DNA from: Methanotrichaceae archaeon
GTDB taxonomy: Archaea > Halobacteriota > Methanosarcinia > Methanotrichales > Methanotrichaceae
Direction: 5' to 3'
Assembly (NCBI GenBank): GCA_963813075.1
Contig: CAWEXU010000010.1
Location: forward strand, 32,001-96,000
Length of the DNA stretch: 64,000 bases
The notes below the pieces were generated by a model. That model did not search any database. It was not told the origin of the DNA and worked only from the letters and a program-made list of their open reading frames with translations. Each line of letters begins with the position of its first letter. The first letter of the stretch is position 1. Both the position numbers and the translations under genes were made by a program. Below are positions 33,239 through 44,089 of the stretch, piece by piece.

Positions 33239-33353
33239 TCTTCCCTTCTGCTTGTTATCGAGCGAACAGGCATGATTGAGACTACCTTATCAATCTATCT
33301 TATATCCATAAAAGTATCTAGTACTGAGATTATTAACTTCAACTTTTAAATCA

Positions 33354-33391
33354 GCGCCATAGTCCCATCCTTCTGGGTGGGGAGGAGGCGC
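33354..33391. mobile_element. Possible IS200/IS605-family terminal hairpin remnant
   Basis: GCGCC-atagt-CCCATCC-TTCT-GGGTGGG-gagga-GGCGC resembles subterminal hairpins of tnpB-type elements; no transposase nearby. Confidence 0.35.
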
Positions 33392-33464
33392 GTATAGATC
33401 CCAATCACTTTCATTCCACCATTAACTAGTTATAAAACTGGAATGAAAGGCACAAGCGATTATT

Positions 33465-33899
33465 ATGCCGAAGATTGCCATAATTTATGCCAGCCAATCG
33501 GGAAAGACGAAGAAGATGGCAGAGGCCATTGCCGGTGGAGCGAAGAGCGTTGCAGGCGTGGATGTACTGCTGAAAGGAGTATTTCAGGCGAAATCTGGCG
33601 ACGTCCAGGACGCCGATGCGGTCATTTTAGGCGGCTCGACCTATAACAACAAGCTGATCAAGAGCATGGACCCATTCCTTGCCCAGCTGGAGAAGCTCGA
33701 TTTAAAGGGAAAGGTGGGAGTGGCCTTTGGGTCGTACGGATGGAGCGGCGAGGGGGTGCCCATTCTGATCGATCGGATGAAATCCTTTGGCATGTCGGTC
33801 ATCGAGCCAGGGACAACAGCGGTCCAGATGCCCACTAAAGAGGACCTGGAGAGGTGCACGGATCTGGGAAAGACGGTAGCCAATGGTTTGATCAACTAG
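33465..33899 (+). CDS. Flavodoxin-domain protein
   Basis: IIYASQSGKTKKMA, AFGSYGWSGEG. Confidence 0.9.
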   Translation: MPKIAIIYASQSGKTKKMAEAIAGGAKSVAGVDVLLKGVFQAKSGDVQDADAVILGGSTYNNKLIKSMDPFLAQLEKLDLKGKVGVAFGSYGWSGEGVPILIDRMKSFGMSVIEPGTTAVQMPTKEDLERCTDLGKTVANGLIN

Positions 33900-34008
33900 A
33901 CTCTGGACAATCTATATAGTCTATGGGTGCATAATATCGGTAAGTATAATACCATATTTTATTTAGGTTAGATTTAGATATTATTCCTGCAGAGCTTCCG
34001 GCGGTGAA

Positions 34009-34836
34009 TTGATGAGAAAGCTGTTTGGAGCTCTGTTGATCGCCATGATCGTATGTGCAACCGGCACTACCATGGTTGGGGCAAAGGATACCGTTCGCAT
34101 TGCAGGCTCGACAACCGTTCTGCCTCTGGCTGAAGGCGGGGCAGAGGTCTTTAACGAGGAGCAGTCGGATCACAAGGTTACTGTCACTGGTGGGGGCACC
34201 GGCGTGGGGATGAAAAACATCGCCGAGGGCAACTCCGAGATAGCCATGGCCTCAAGAGAGGTCACTGATGACGAGCGGGAGAAGTTCGGTGACAAGTTCC
34301 AGGAGAATCTGATCGGCTACGATGGCATAGTGATTGCAGTCAGCCGGGAGATCTATGATGCAGGCGTGACCTCTCTGACGAAAGATGAGGTCAAGGGAAT
34401 CTATGCCGGCGAGATCAGCAACTGGGAGGAGCTTGGCGGCCCGGATGAGGAGATACTGGCCATAGGAAGAGAGCAGGGCTCTGGAACCCGGGACACCTTC
34501 AATGAGGAGATCATGGGCGACAAGTCCGCCGAGACTCCGGGCGTGAGCACAACCGCGGGCAGCAATGCCGAGATCAAGACTGCCCTCACCGGGAGCGAGC
34601 AGGCCATTGGATACCTGGGATACTCCTATGTCAAGGATGATTCAATAGGCACCATAACTCTTGATGAAGTTGTGCCAACGGAGGAGACCATCAAAGATGG
34701 AAGCTATGAGCTGGCTCGCAAGCTGTACTTCTATACCTATGATGATGCAACTGCCGGCGCTCAGGCCTTCATAGATTTCATGCTGGGCTCCAAGGGCCAG
34801 GAGATCGCCGCAGAGTATGGATTCATACCGCTCTAA
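34009..34836 (+). CDS. pstS: Phosphate ABC transporter substrate-binding protein (no pstCAB adjacent)
   Basis: AGSTTVLP, GGGTGVG, IAMASR, REQGSGTR. Confidence 0.9.
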   Translation: MMRKLFGALLIAMIVCATGTTMVGAKDTVRIAGSTTVLPLAEGGAEVFNEEQSDHKVTVTGGGTGVGMKNIAEGNSEIAMASREVTDDEREKFGDKFQENLIGYDGIVIAVSREIYDAGVTSLTKDEVKGIYAGEISNWEELGGPDEEILAIGREQGSGTRDTFNEEIMGDKSAETPGVSTTAGSNAEIKTALTGSEQAIGYLGYSYVKDDSIGTITLDEVVPTEETIKDGSYELARKLYFYTYDDATAGAQAFIDFMLGSKGQEIAAEYGFIPL

Positions 34837-34997
34837 GTCAAATCAAATTTTTTTTATTTGAGGCTTTATCACAATTAAGGTTGACTTTTCCTGACGGTCG
34901 AGACATTGTCTGGCTAACGGTTTTGTCTTTTTTAGATCCGCGCATGCGCCTTAAATAGGAGATGGGCCTGGAATTGATTTGAGGTCGTATCTGGTTT

Positions 34998-35459
34998 ATG
35001 AGGGCAATAGCAGTTTCAGTTGTCTTTCTGTTCATCAGCCTTGCCGCTTCCGGCATGCCCGCATCATTCTATCAGGCCATGGCCAATATGGACACCTCAA
35101 ATTACCTCTGCGTCAAGAACTACGATGCCGGTGCCAGCGTCACCGAATCGTACTCGGACTTCGATCAATTGGAAAAGGAAACTGAGGTCATAAGCCAGTC
35201 TTTTCATCCCTCCGGCAGTGTAGCTGAGGGCAGCAGAGGCAATGCAACCCTGAAAGCCAGCATGAGCTCTTCTGTCGCCGGCAAAGCCCACATTGCCTGG
35301 CAGTCCAGGGATACTGAGCCGGGCATCTACGGCCGCCATGAGATCTACGGCCTCGCGCAAGAGGACCTGACCGGTGTCTATAGCATAGAGAAGTTCATTC
35401 ATCTGAGCAGCAACCGTTCATGTGCTCTCACCCGGCCGGACTGGCTTTCCTGCATATGA
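34998..35459 (+). CDS. Secreted hypothetical protein
   Basis: Signal peptide; CVKNY..GAS..E.Y and EDLTG...IEKFI motifs. Confidence 0.7.
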   Translation: MRAIAVSVVFLFISLAASGMPASFYQAMANMDTSNYLCVKNYDAGASVTESYSDFDQLEKETEVISQSFHPSGSVAEGSRGNATLKASMSSSVAGKAHIAWQSRDTEPGIYGRHEIYGLAQEDLTGVYSIEKFIHLSSNRSCALTRPDWLSCI

Positions 35460-35654
35460 AATCATAATTTCAGTTCATTCCTGTCCTGCTCCTTCCGACC
35501 TCTATTATTATGCTTATGGCATTGCTATGGCCAAGATTCCAGTGGAACCTGAACGGTTCAGACGAAAGCTTCGAGGAACATCATCCATAGCTTCATTAAT
35601 TCTATTTAAAATTTATAATATTAGAAAAATATTTATAAACATCTTATCTACTGA

Positions 35655-37049
35655 TTATGATAAGCTGATCCTCTCAAGATTCCTATCTGCATTCTTCCTC
35701 TTCATCCTGGCCAGCTTCACGATATCCTCAATTCTTGCCTCTTTCCGCTTGAGCGGCAGTCCTTCCATTAGCCGCTTGCCCTTTTCGGATCTGATGATCA
35801 CTGTTGAATATCCTTCCGGGCTTCCAACTGAGCCTATGGAAATATCGGCCAGCCTTGAGACCAGATCTTGGCAAAATCGGCAGCCTTCGCGGATATCATT
35901 CTCCAGCTCTCGCACGCTGCAAGAGTGCTCCATATCCCCGAGAGTTGCAGTGTATTTTCCTTTTGCGATTTGAATCCGTTCTGCTTTCTCGATATCCACA
36001 CCTAAAAGCTCTTTTAAATGAACTCTTAATTTTCTATAGTCGAAGCTCTCAAAGCAGAACAGGCCAATGAGAAATATCTCCGCGTCTGGAAATTCATCCT
36101 CAAAGTAGCCCGATTGCTCCATCTTTCTGATCACCCTTATTTGACAGGGCGTGCCAACCACGGCAATTCTTCTCTTTCCCTCTCTCAAAGAATCTAAAAG
36201 CGGCTCTATGGCTGAGACCCGCACATACTTGGTCCCCTTGGCCTTCACCACTCCCTCTACATCATCCACCGCTGCCGCCTTTCCCCCATATGTCTCCCTT
36301 TCGTATACTACCACTGCAGCATCAATTAGATCCTTCTCCATGGCTCTGGCTAATAGGGCGGTGACAACTCCCCCATCCTGGCCCTTGATATCGGTCCTGG
36401 CAGCGAGGATGTCGCTGTAGACTCCCAGGTCATTGTCCCTATTACCGTTCAGGTGCTCCTCTTCGATCTTTTGGCAGTCCTCGGGACTCAGGGGGAAGAT
36501 GTTTCTCTGGTCGGATATGGCACTGGTGGGGCAGACCAAAAAACAGGCACCGCAGGCAATGCAGTCCTCTGACAGCTCTCCGTAAGGCGCATCCACATCC
36601 CTCTCAGTGCCACGATTCTGGAAATTGATGGCAAATACGCCCACAAGCTCTGCACAGACCCGGCAGCACAGGCCGCAGAGAATGCATTTCTCATTCTCGG
36701 TCCTGAACCTGGGCTCAGAGATACCATACTCTTTTGCCAGGTTTTGTATCCTCTTTTCCCCGGGGCACCTGGCAAAGAAAAGCTCTATTATCATCCGCCT
36801 GATGTCCAGCACGGCAGGGGTTGCCGTCCTTACCACCAGCCCGTCTTCTGTCGGATAGTTGCAGGCGGTAACGAACCTCTTTCGGCCAGCCTTTTCTATC
36901 TCCACAGTGCAGAGCCTGCAAGAGCCAAAGGGCTCAAGTGCAGGGTGATGGCACAGAGTGGGAATCCGGATTCCGATAGATAGGGCCGCCTCAAGAATAG
37001 TGCTGGAAGTCTCGGTTTCTATCTGCTGATCATCGATCCAGAATTTCAA
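35655..37049 (-). CDS. NuoG/HydA-type FeS N-terminus fused to FrhB (F420-binding) domain
   Basis: IPTLC..GSCRLC..TAC (2Fe-2S); CILCGLCCRVC and CIACGACFLVCP; then QDGGVVT, GTKY, GTPCQ, GLFCFESF, ADISIGSVGSP. Confidence 0.9.
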   Translation of the reverse strand: MKFWIDDQQIETETSSTILEAALSIGIRIPTLCHHPALEPFGSCRLCTVEIEKAGRKRFVTACNYPTEDGLVVRTATPAVLDIRRMIIELFFARCPGEKRIQNLAKEYGISEPRFRTENEKCILCGLCCRVCAELVGVFAINFQNRGTERDVDAPYGELSEDCIACGACFLVCPTSAISDQRNIFPLSPEDCQKIEEEHLNGNRDNDLGVYSDILAARTDIKGQDGGVVTALLARAMEKDLIDAAVVVYERETYGGKAAAVDDVEGVVKAKGTKYVRVSAIEPLLDSLREGKRRIAVVGTPCQIRVIRKMEQSGYFEDEFPDAEIFLIGLFCFESFDYRKLRVHLKELLGVDIEKAERIQIAKGKYTATLGDMEHSCSVRELENDIREGCRFCQDLVSRLADISIGSVGSPEGYSTVIIRSEKGKRLMEGLPLKRKEARIEDIVKLARMKRKNADRNLERISLS

Positions 37050-38920
37050 CTTCTCCCCCTTGACTCTTTTACAACCGCTCTGACCTTTTTGGGGCAGACC
37101 TCAAAGCATATCCCGCATCGCATACATTTTGACTGATCGATAACCGAGAATCCTCTTCTATCCGCATCGATTGCCCCCTGAGGGCAGTTCTCCCGGCACA
37201 AGTCGCAGCCGATGCAAGTTCTGTGGTCTATGGTGTAAGATACAAGGGACTTGCAGGAGAGAGCGGGACATCTTTTCTCTTTGATATGGGCATCGTATTC
37301 CTCTCTGAAATAGCGAATGGTGCTCAGGACCGGGTTGACTGCCGTTCGTCCCAGGGCGCAGAGAGATGCTGTTCTCATCAGTTCTGCGATCTCCTGCAGA
37401 TTCTCGATATCCGACTCCGTGCCCCGGCCGGATTCTATGGCATCGAGTATCTCTCGCATTTGCTTGAGCCCCTCCCGGCAGGGAAGGCATTTGCCGCAGG
37501 ACTCGCTGCAGAGAAAGTCCACAAAGTAGCGGGCCAGGTCGACGGCACAGGTATCCTCGTCGATGACGATAATGCTCCCCGAGCCCATCATGGAGCCCAG
37601 ACGGGTCAGCTCGTCGAAGTCCACCGGTGTTCCCAGAAACCTGGCCGGGATAATTCCTCCTGATGGCCCACCGGTCTGCACCCCTTTGAGCTTCTTGTTC
37701 TCGGGAATTCCTCCCCCAATCTTGTAGATTATATCGGCCAGGGTCATTCCCATGGGGACCTCCACCAGACCGGTGTTGTTCACCTTGCCCACCAGGGAGA
37801 AGATCTTGGTCCCTTTGCTCTTCTCTGTGCCGATGGAGTTGAACCATTCTGCGCCATGTTTTATGATCAAAGGCACATTGGCAAAGGTCTCGACGTTGTT
37901 CAGGGCGCTGGGCCGGCCCCAGAGCCCCATCTCGGAGGTGTGGACGTACTTCGGCCTGGGTTCGCCCACCTTTCCCTCCAGAGCGTTCATCAGAGCGGTC
38001 GACTCTCCGGAGACAAAGGAGCCGGCACCCCGATGAATGGACACATCAAAATCAAAGCCTGTGCCCAGGATATTCTCGCCCAGCAGGCCATACTCCCGTG
38101 CCTGTTGCAGGGCAATAGTCGCGTTCTGGACCGCCAGTGGGTACTCCATACGCACATAGATGAAGCCGCTATGCGATCCCATGGCGTAGGCGGCGATGAT
38201 CAGCCCTTCCAGGACGCTATGGGGATTGCCCTCCATCAGTGCCCGGTCCATGAAGGCGCCCGGGTCTCCCTCATCGCAGTTGACGATCACATATTTGGGC
38301 TCGCCCGGAGCATTTCGGGTCGATTCCCATTTCCGCCCGGTGGGAAATCCGCCTCCTCCTCTTCCCCGGAGATTGGATCTCTTCACCTCATCGATCACCT
38401 CTTCCGGGGTCATCTTATAGAGAGCTCTGGCCAGGGCACTGTAGCCACCCAGCACTATATAATCTTCTATATTTTTAGGATTTATTTTTATGTTATTTTT
38501 TATTAGATGCCTCATCTGATGCTTATAAAAGGGAATCTCGCTCTCGATGACGGCATTCTCACCCGTTTCGGGATCTTTATAGAGGAGGCGGTCAACCAGA
38601 TTGCCTTTTAGTATTGTCTCCTCAACTATCTCGGGCACATCACCCGGCTGGACACCGATATAGTAGACCCCTCTGGGGTAGATCACCATCAGGGTTCCTT
38701 TTTCGCAAAATCCAGGGCATCCGGTCTCTTTGATCTCTACCTCCTTTTCCAGGCCTTTTTGGAGGAGGTATTCATGGAAAGCTTTAACCACCGATCTGGC
38801 CCCGAGGGTCAGGCAGCCTGTTCCGGCACAGATTGCGATCAGGGGCTTTGCAGGATCTCTTCTGGAAAGAATTTCCGATCTGAGCCGTTCGAGCTCTTCA
38901 ATTGATCTCAGCCTCACCAT
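37046..38920 (-). CDS. NuoF/HydB-like NAD(P)H-FMN subunit with N-terminal 2Fe-2S and C-terminal 2x4Fe-4S
   Basis: CAGTGC..CPGFC, GRGGGGFPTG, DEGDPGAFMDR, SCGKCLPCREG, CALG, HIKEKRCPALSC, CIGCDLC, CMRCGIC. Confidence 0.92.
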   Translation of the reverse strand: MVRLRSIEELERLRSEILSRRDPAKPLIAICAGTGCLTLGARSVVKAFHEYLLQKGLEKEVEIKETGCPGFCEKGTLMVIYPRGVYYIGVQPGDVPEIVEETILKGNLVDRLLYKDPETGENAVIESEIPFYKHQMRHLIKNNIKINPKNIEDYIVLGGYSALARALYKMTPEEVIDEVKRSNLRGRGGGGFPTGRKWESTRNAPGEPKYVIVNCDEGDPGAFMDRALMEGNPHSVLEGLIIAAYAMGSHSGFIYVRMEYPLAVQNATIALQQAREYGLLGENILGTGFDFDVSIHRGAGSFVSGESTALMNALEGKVGEPRPKYVHTSEMGLWGRPSALNNVETFANVPLIIKHGAEWFNSIGTEKSKGTKIFSLVGKVNNTGLVEVPMGMTLADIIYKIGGGIPENKKLKGVQTGGPSGGIIPARFLGTPVDFDELTRLGSMMGSGSIIVIDEDTCAVDLARYFVDFLCSESCGKCLPCREGLKQMREILDAIESGRGTESDIENLQEIAELMRTASLCALGRTAVNPVLSTIRYFREEYDAHIKEKRCPALSCKSLVSYTIDHRTCIGCDLCRENCPQGAIDADRRGFSVIDQSKCMRCGICFEVCPKKVRAVVKESRGRS

Positions 38921-39059
38921 CCTTCTACACGCCCTGATTCTCGTTGCATGCTGTCATTTCCGTTGAGTGCCATGGTTATTTGCTGTGGTCCTGCCAGAAT
39001 GCGGTGATAGCTAGCAAAGTCCTCGATTCTCACTGTGCCTCATGCTGATATTCAACGAT

Positions 39060-39521
39060 TCAGTCGTACTTTTTTAGTATCCTTTCCACTCTGTCCGATG
39101 TCACCCGGCCAATGTAATCATCATCCACTACTATTACCGGGCCTATGGCGCAGCATCCCATGCAGTTGACCCGTTTCAGGGTGAATTTCATGTCCGGGGT
39201 TGTCCCGCCCTGTTTTATCTTCAGCTTCGATTCGGTTCTGTCCAGTATCGTCTGAGATCCCCGCACCTGGCAGGCAGTGCCCATGCATACGCTTATTTTA
39301 TGTTTTCCAATGGGCTTCAGGCTTATGGCCTCATAGAAGCTGGCTATCCGGTATATCCGGCTTCGGGGAATCTTCAGTCTCTCGGATATCTCTCGGAGGG
39401 CATCTTTTGAGATCCAGTTGAACTCGCTTTGCAGGTCTAAAAGAAGCTGAATTAAAGATCCATCCTGGCCGTTATATCTATCGATTATCTCCTCCAGCCT
39501 CTTATGCTCGTTATCCTGCAT
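39060..39521 (-). CDS. NuoE/HydC-like 2Fe-2S subunit
   Basis: ASFY, CMGTAC, CMGCCAIGP. Confidence 0.92.
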   Translation of the reverse strand: MQDNEHKRLEEIIDRYNGQDGSLIQLLLDLQSEFNWISKDALREISERLKIPRSRIYRIASFYEAISLKPIGKHKISVCMGTACQVRGSQTILDRTESKLKIKQGGTTPDMKFTLKRVNCMGCCAIGPVIVVDDDYIGRVTSDRVERILKKYD

Positions 39522-39681
39522 TTCAACTTCCTCTCTGCCTGAATCTGCCTTCATCCCTTCGCCGATATGTCATCACTAAGCATGAATATATACGTTTGCT
39601 CGACGGAGCCAAGAGCTATTTCAGATACTAACATCAAAAAATTGAAATAATTAGGTGGTTTGGATTTTCTCTTTCAAATGA

Positions 39682-40047
39682 TCATATCGATGAGTCAATT
39701 TCATTCATTTTTGTTTCGATATACTCCTTCAATGCCACCGCATTATTGTGCTGTTCATCTTTAGCTGCATATAGAAAGACCAGATCACTCTCCCTCGCTT
39801 TTACGATGAGCTGATCCACGAGCTCGGCCTTCCCGTCAAGCTCTTTGAAAAATCTCTTTTTGAACTCCTCCCATTTGCCTGGATCATGGCCGAACCATTT
39901 CCTCAACTCATCGCTGGGACCTATCTCCTTTTGCCAGAGGTCTACTTTAGCCGCCTCTTTGGTCATGCCCCTGGGCCAGAGCCTATCCACCAGTATTCTA
40001 AAGCCGCTGCCTGGTGCAGCATTATAAATCCTCTCAGTCTTTATCAT
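39682..40047 (-). CDS. DUF488/YeaO family protein
   Basis: RILVDRLWPRG, PSDELRKWFGHD, HNNAVAL. Confidence 0.92.
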   Translation of the reverse strand: MIKTERIYNAAPGSGFRILVDRLWPRGMTKEAAKVDLWQKEIGPSDELRKWFGHDPGKWEEFKKRFFKELDGKAELVDQLIVKARESDLVFLYAAKDEQHNNAVALKEYIETKMNEIDSSI

Positions 40048-40129
40048 TGCAGACTCTCATCCGTCATCCATTATCAAGCATCTCCGAGAGCTTTCCGCTT
40101 ATGTCTTTGCCATACGGGCCCGTACATAG

Positions 40130-40216
40130 ATGCGATCAACTGCCAGACATCAGAATAAAATTTCGTAGCGCGCTCAGGCTGGTCTGCATTATCTCGAAGC
40201 GTATCACTCTCGGCAT
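40130..40216 (-). pseudogene. VOC/glyoxalase-family N-terminal remnant
   Basis: MPRVIRFEI / ADQPERATKFYSDV across a frameshift, then lost. Confidence 0.6.
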
Positions 40217-40586
40217 TTCGTCACCATTAAATGGTTAGAATAGGCTTTAGTTGATATATAATTTTCCTGAGCTGAAGTTGCAGAAATCACGGTTCTAAAT
40301 TTAAATGAAATCTATACTACGAAGATTATTTCTATCGGGCAATATGATCAACCAAAAACATATTAACTGATCAATTGAGTATAATATATCAGTTTATCTG
40401 CGTTGGGTGCAATTTCGCTGGATTCAATTACAGATGGTGTCTTCGAAAATAAAATCATGTTGTGAAGCGTGAGGCCAATGAATAAGAAAGGATTCCGGGG
40501 CAGTGATGGCTGGGATTAGTCGGACCGCTGATAGCCGCATAAATCCACGCCACATTTCAGAATTTATATTTCTGGGGCCATAAAGC

Positions 40587-43500
40587 ATGGATTATATTGA
40601 TCTCTCTATAAGGGTTCAAGATGACGCAGATGTACTGGCATCATCGGATTTGGGTGAATCATATGGCCGGCTCAATCTCAATCCAGATGAAATCCGTCCG
40701 ATGTTAGATGCCATTGACAAGGATGATACCGATGGAGAGCTCCTCAAGAAGCTGGGCAAAATCCTGTTTGATGCACTCTTCGACAAGAGTATCTCCAATC
40801 ATTTAGCTGCTGTTTTGGCCGAAGGGGAAAGCACCGGACGAGGCGTCCGCTTGCGACTGATCTTTGAAAAGCCCCAGATAGCTGCTATTCCCTGGGAGTT
40901 TCTCTATGATGAGAGCACCAATACATTCCTGGCCAATGATCCCAAGACGGCACTCTCAAGGTATATCGATGTTCCCTTAAAAAAACAGGATATCAGGCCT
41001 GCCAGCATTCCTTTGAAGATGCTCCTGGTCATCTCCAGTCCCAAAAACCTTGACCCTCTGGACTCTCTGGGAGAGGAACGGCTAATCAAACAGGCTCTGG
41101 AAAAGCACATTAGCTCGGGCCTGATTGAGATCGATGTAATTTCCAAAGCCACCATTGATGCCGTCTATCAGAGGCTCAGTGACCGGGAGTATAATGTTTT
41201 TCATTTCATAGGGCACGGGGTTTTCGAGAATAACAAGGGCCATATTGCCCTGGTGGACGAGAATGATCGTGCCAAATTATTGGATGATGAGGCCTTTGCA
41301 AACCTGTTCCTTGGAAAGAGAGGGCTGGGTTTAGTGATACTGAATTCCTGTGAAGGAGCCACAACATCATCCGGCCAGGCTTTTAGAGGCATGGCCCCCC
41401 GCCTGGTGCAAAGGGGAATACCGGCAGTAATAGCTATGCAGTATACCATCCTGGACAGCACCGCCAAGACCTTTGCCGAGGAGTTCTATCGCAGTCTGGC
41501 CCGCGGCAATCCGGTTGACCGGGCAGTGCAATCAGCACGAAACCTCATTTCCATCAAAGCCAAGCTGGATAATAGAGACTTTGCCACTCCCGTTCTTTTC
41601 ATGAGGGCCAAGGATGGGGTGATTCTGGATCTCCAAGCCACGCGACCTGCAGTCTCTCCTCCGCCTGAAAAACTACCGGATATGAAGATATCTGAGAAGG
41701 TCTCCGAGGTGGTTTCTGAGAAGGTGCCTGAGAAGGAGACAACGGTGCCTGAGAAGGATGTGAAGGTATCTACGAAGGTGGCCGAAAAGGGGACAAAGAT
41801 GGCCGGTAAGGAGACAAAAGACGCCAAAACCCCAATTTACATTCTGGCTGCTTCGCTAATTATTGTAATCGCTGCCGCTTTATTTTATTTCTTATCTCCT
41901 GATTATGTCCAGATCTCCGGGACGGTGAAGGACTGGAATGGCAATCCTGTAAAAAATGCTGATGTAATGGCACTGCCTTCTGGCATATCGATCCGGACCG
42001 ATTCCAATGGCTACTTCATTTTATCCGATATACCGGCGAACGGTGTGGATAAACTGCGAATAAGAAACTATCGCATAGGTTAGTGATGGTGGCAGGGCAT
42101 ATTTAATCACATAGTTTATATACTATGAGATACATATGCCCTGTGTTCCCCACCATGACAGCAATAGCTACTAATTTCTTAAACCTTCCGTTTGCCCATC
42201 AGCTAGTGGATGCATTTAAAGAATACTCAAATGAGTATGAATTCACAGCGGAAGGTGTATTTCGCAGGATAATACCTCCTGCTTGCTCGCAATGTGGAAA
42301 ACAGATGTGCCATAATGGCTCAAACAAGTATCAAATTTTAGGTTTGGCAACTATAAAATTAGGTAGATATCATTGCAGCAAATGCGGCCTGAATCTGCAA
42401 GAGGAAAATATATTTTTGGACAATATGAAATTTGAAATCAGCAGAATTTTTGCAGGCTTGTATCAAGTGTTGAGAAATCACGATGTCTCGTACGAAGGCA
42501 TATCGGATGTGATGGATTATCTGATTCCGCAAAGCAGTGACACTATCTGCAGAAGATTCTCCGACTCTGTTGCCAGCGTTCAGTTGCCTGAAACTTCGCC
42601 GATTCAAGTTATCCACTACGATGAGCAGCATCCCAAAGCAGGAAGATGCCAGAAGTATCGTTTGACTCTGTTGAACGGAGTGACTCATGAAGTGATTGCG
42701 GAAGAGGTTTCAGATAACAAGTCTCAAAAGGCCATTAAACCATTTTTTGAGAATAATTTAAAAGATGTTATAGAAAAGTTCAACACCAGTATTCATCGTA
42801 ACCGATCAAGGCAAAGGATATGCAGAGCTGATTGCTGATGTATTCAATGGCAACGCAATCCACCAATACTGCATCTTTCATCTGAATCAGAATATAGCAA
42901 AAGAATTCTCCAGAAGATGTCAAAATGAAAGACGAGCTTGTAAAATACAAATTATTTAATATATTTTATAATCGAGAGGAAGAGCTGAATTATTTGAAGG
43001 ATCTCTGTGAAGAAGAAGCATCAATTAGCTTTAAAGACAGGAACGAAGAACATGAATGGCTCAAGAAGGCAAAGATCAGATTTTACGACTTTTTGCATGA
43101 ACAGGAATTGTCGCGAAGGCGCGCGCACAAGAATTTAGGACTTAGAACATATTATGAATCATATGTAATAATGAATGAGTTATTAAATAATGCTCAATTC
43201 ATTCAGCCCGATTGTTCAGAGACGACTTGATAAGATCCAAAAGGATTGGAACCATTTCACCGCCTTTCAGCGAGTTGATGATGCACCTGCCACCAATAAT
43301 GCTATCGAAAACTACTATTCCACCAGCTTGAAAGGCCAAAGCAAGAAACAGCTTAGGACCGATCGCGGCATCAATCTCCACATGAAGCTCTCATCGATGA
43401 AGCGTTTTGATATGATAGGCAAACCAAAAATCACTTTTCTTGAAGATGTGACCAATGAGTTCATTGAGATGCATATCTCTGATGAAAAAAAGAAAGATAA

Positions 43501-44089
43501 ATCGATACTATTCGATAACATTGTATTTCAGCCCACCTCGATAAGACTGTATGGCGACATTCGAGATTATGCCGGCGATCCTACCGGAGCAGCAGCGAGG
43601 ATAACCATAAAATCAGGAATTAATTATTTAGTGAATTTGACTGACATTGAGTTCGGCAGGTATGAAACCAATATATACAGCAACGCCACCGCCATCACCG
43701 CATATGACACAGACGGGAAAATAATCTATACGTCACCACTCCGATTTACCGATCATGAAATAGAGGTCCGAGAGAAGAAGCTCCCAATAAAATTTCCATC
43801 AAAGACAGAAATTGATATTATTGGAAAAGTTTTTAACATATCTGATAATAAGGCTCTGGCCAATACAACGGTGAAGATTGGACCCACTTCAGATAGAACA
43901 AATGATTCAGGTTATTATAATCTGTATGGCGTGCCCAGGAGCAGTCAATACTATCAGGTCTCAAAAGAAGACCAAATAATTGTGAAGAAAAATCTCTCTG
44001 ATCGGTATATAGACTGGACGCAGCCCAACTGGATCTACTATCAGAATGCATCACTCCTCATACCGATAGCACCGGATGATGAGGGATGA
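40587..44089 (+). pseudogene. CHAT (caspase-like) protease - TM - carboxypeptidase-regulatory-like domains, interrupted by an IS (~42070-43446)
   Basis: PWEFL, HFIGHG, LNSCEG, VIAMQY; TM IYILAASLIIVIAAALFYFL; ISGTVKDWNGNPV..A.V before the IS and similar GKV..ISDNKAL..T.V...TNDSGYY after it. Confidence 0.8.
42070..43446 (+). mobile_element. Methanogen ISNCY/ISH6-like insertion sequence, transposase frameshifted, right end apparently deleted
   Basis: AT-rich; CSQCG..HNG..GRYHCSKC zinc ribbon, IHYDEQHPK, HQYCIFHLNQ, PATNNAIENYYS; stop-less fusion into the host ORF. Boundaries approximate. Confidence 0.8.

Noticed and set aside
35524..35591. Cloverleaf-like set of small hairpins closed by GCTATGG/CCATAGC
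   Set aside because: Stems are only 4-5 bp with 3-nt loops, with no tRNA motifs or second copy; compatible with chance.
40587..42083. CHAT gene as a CRISPR type III-associated protease
   Set aside because: 20 kb from the array, no TPR, SAVED or CARF domain, and a TM/extracellular architecture.
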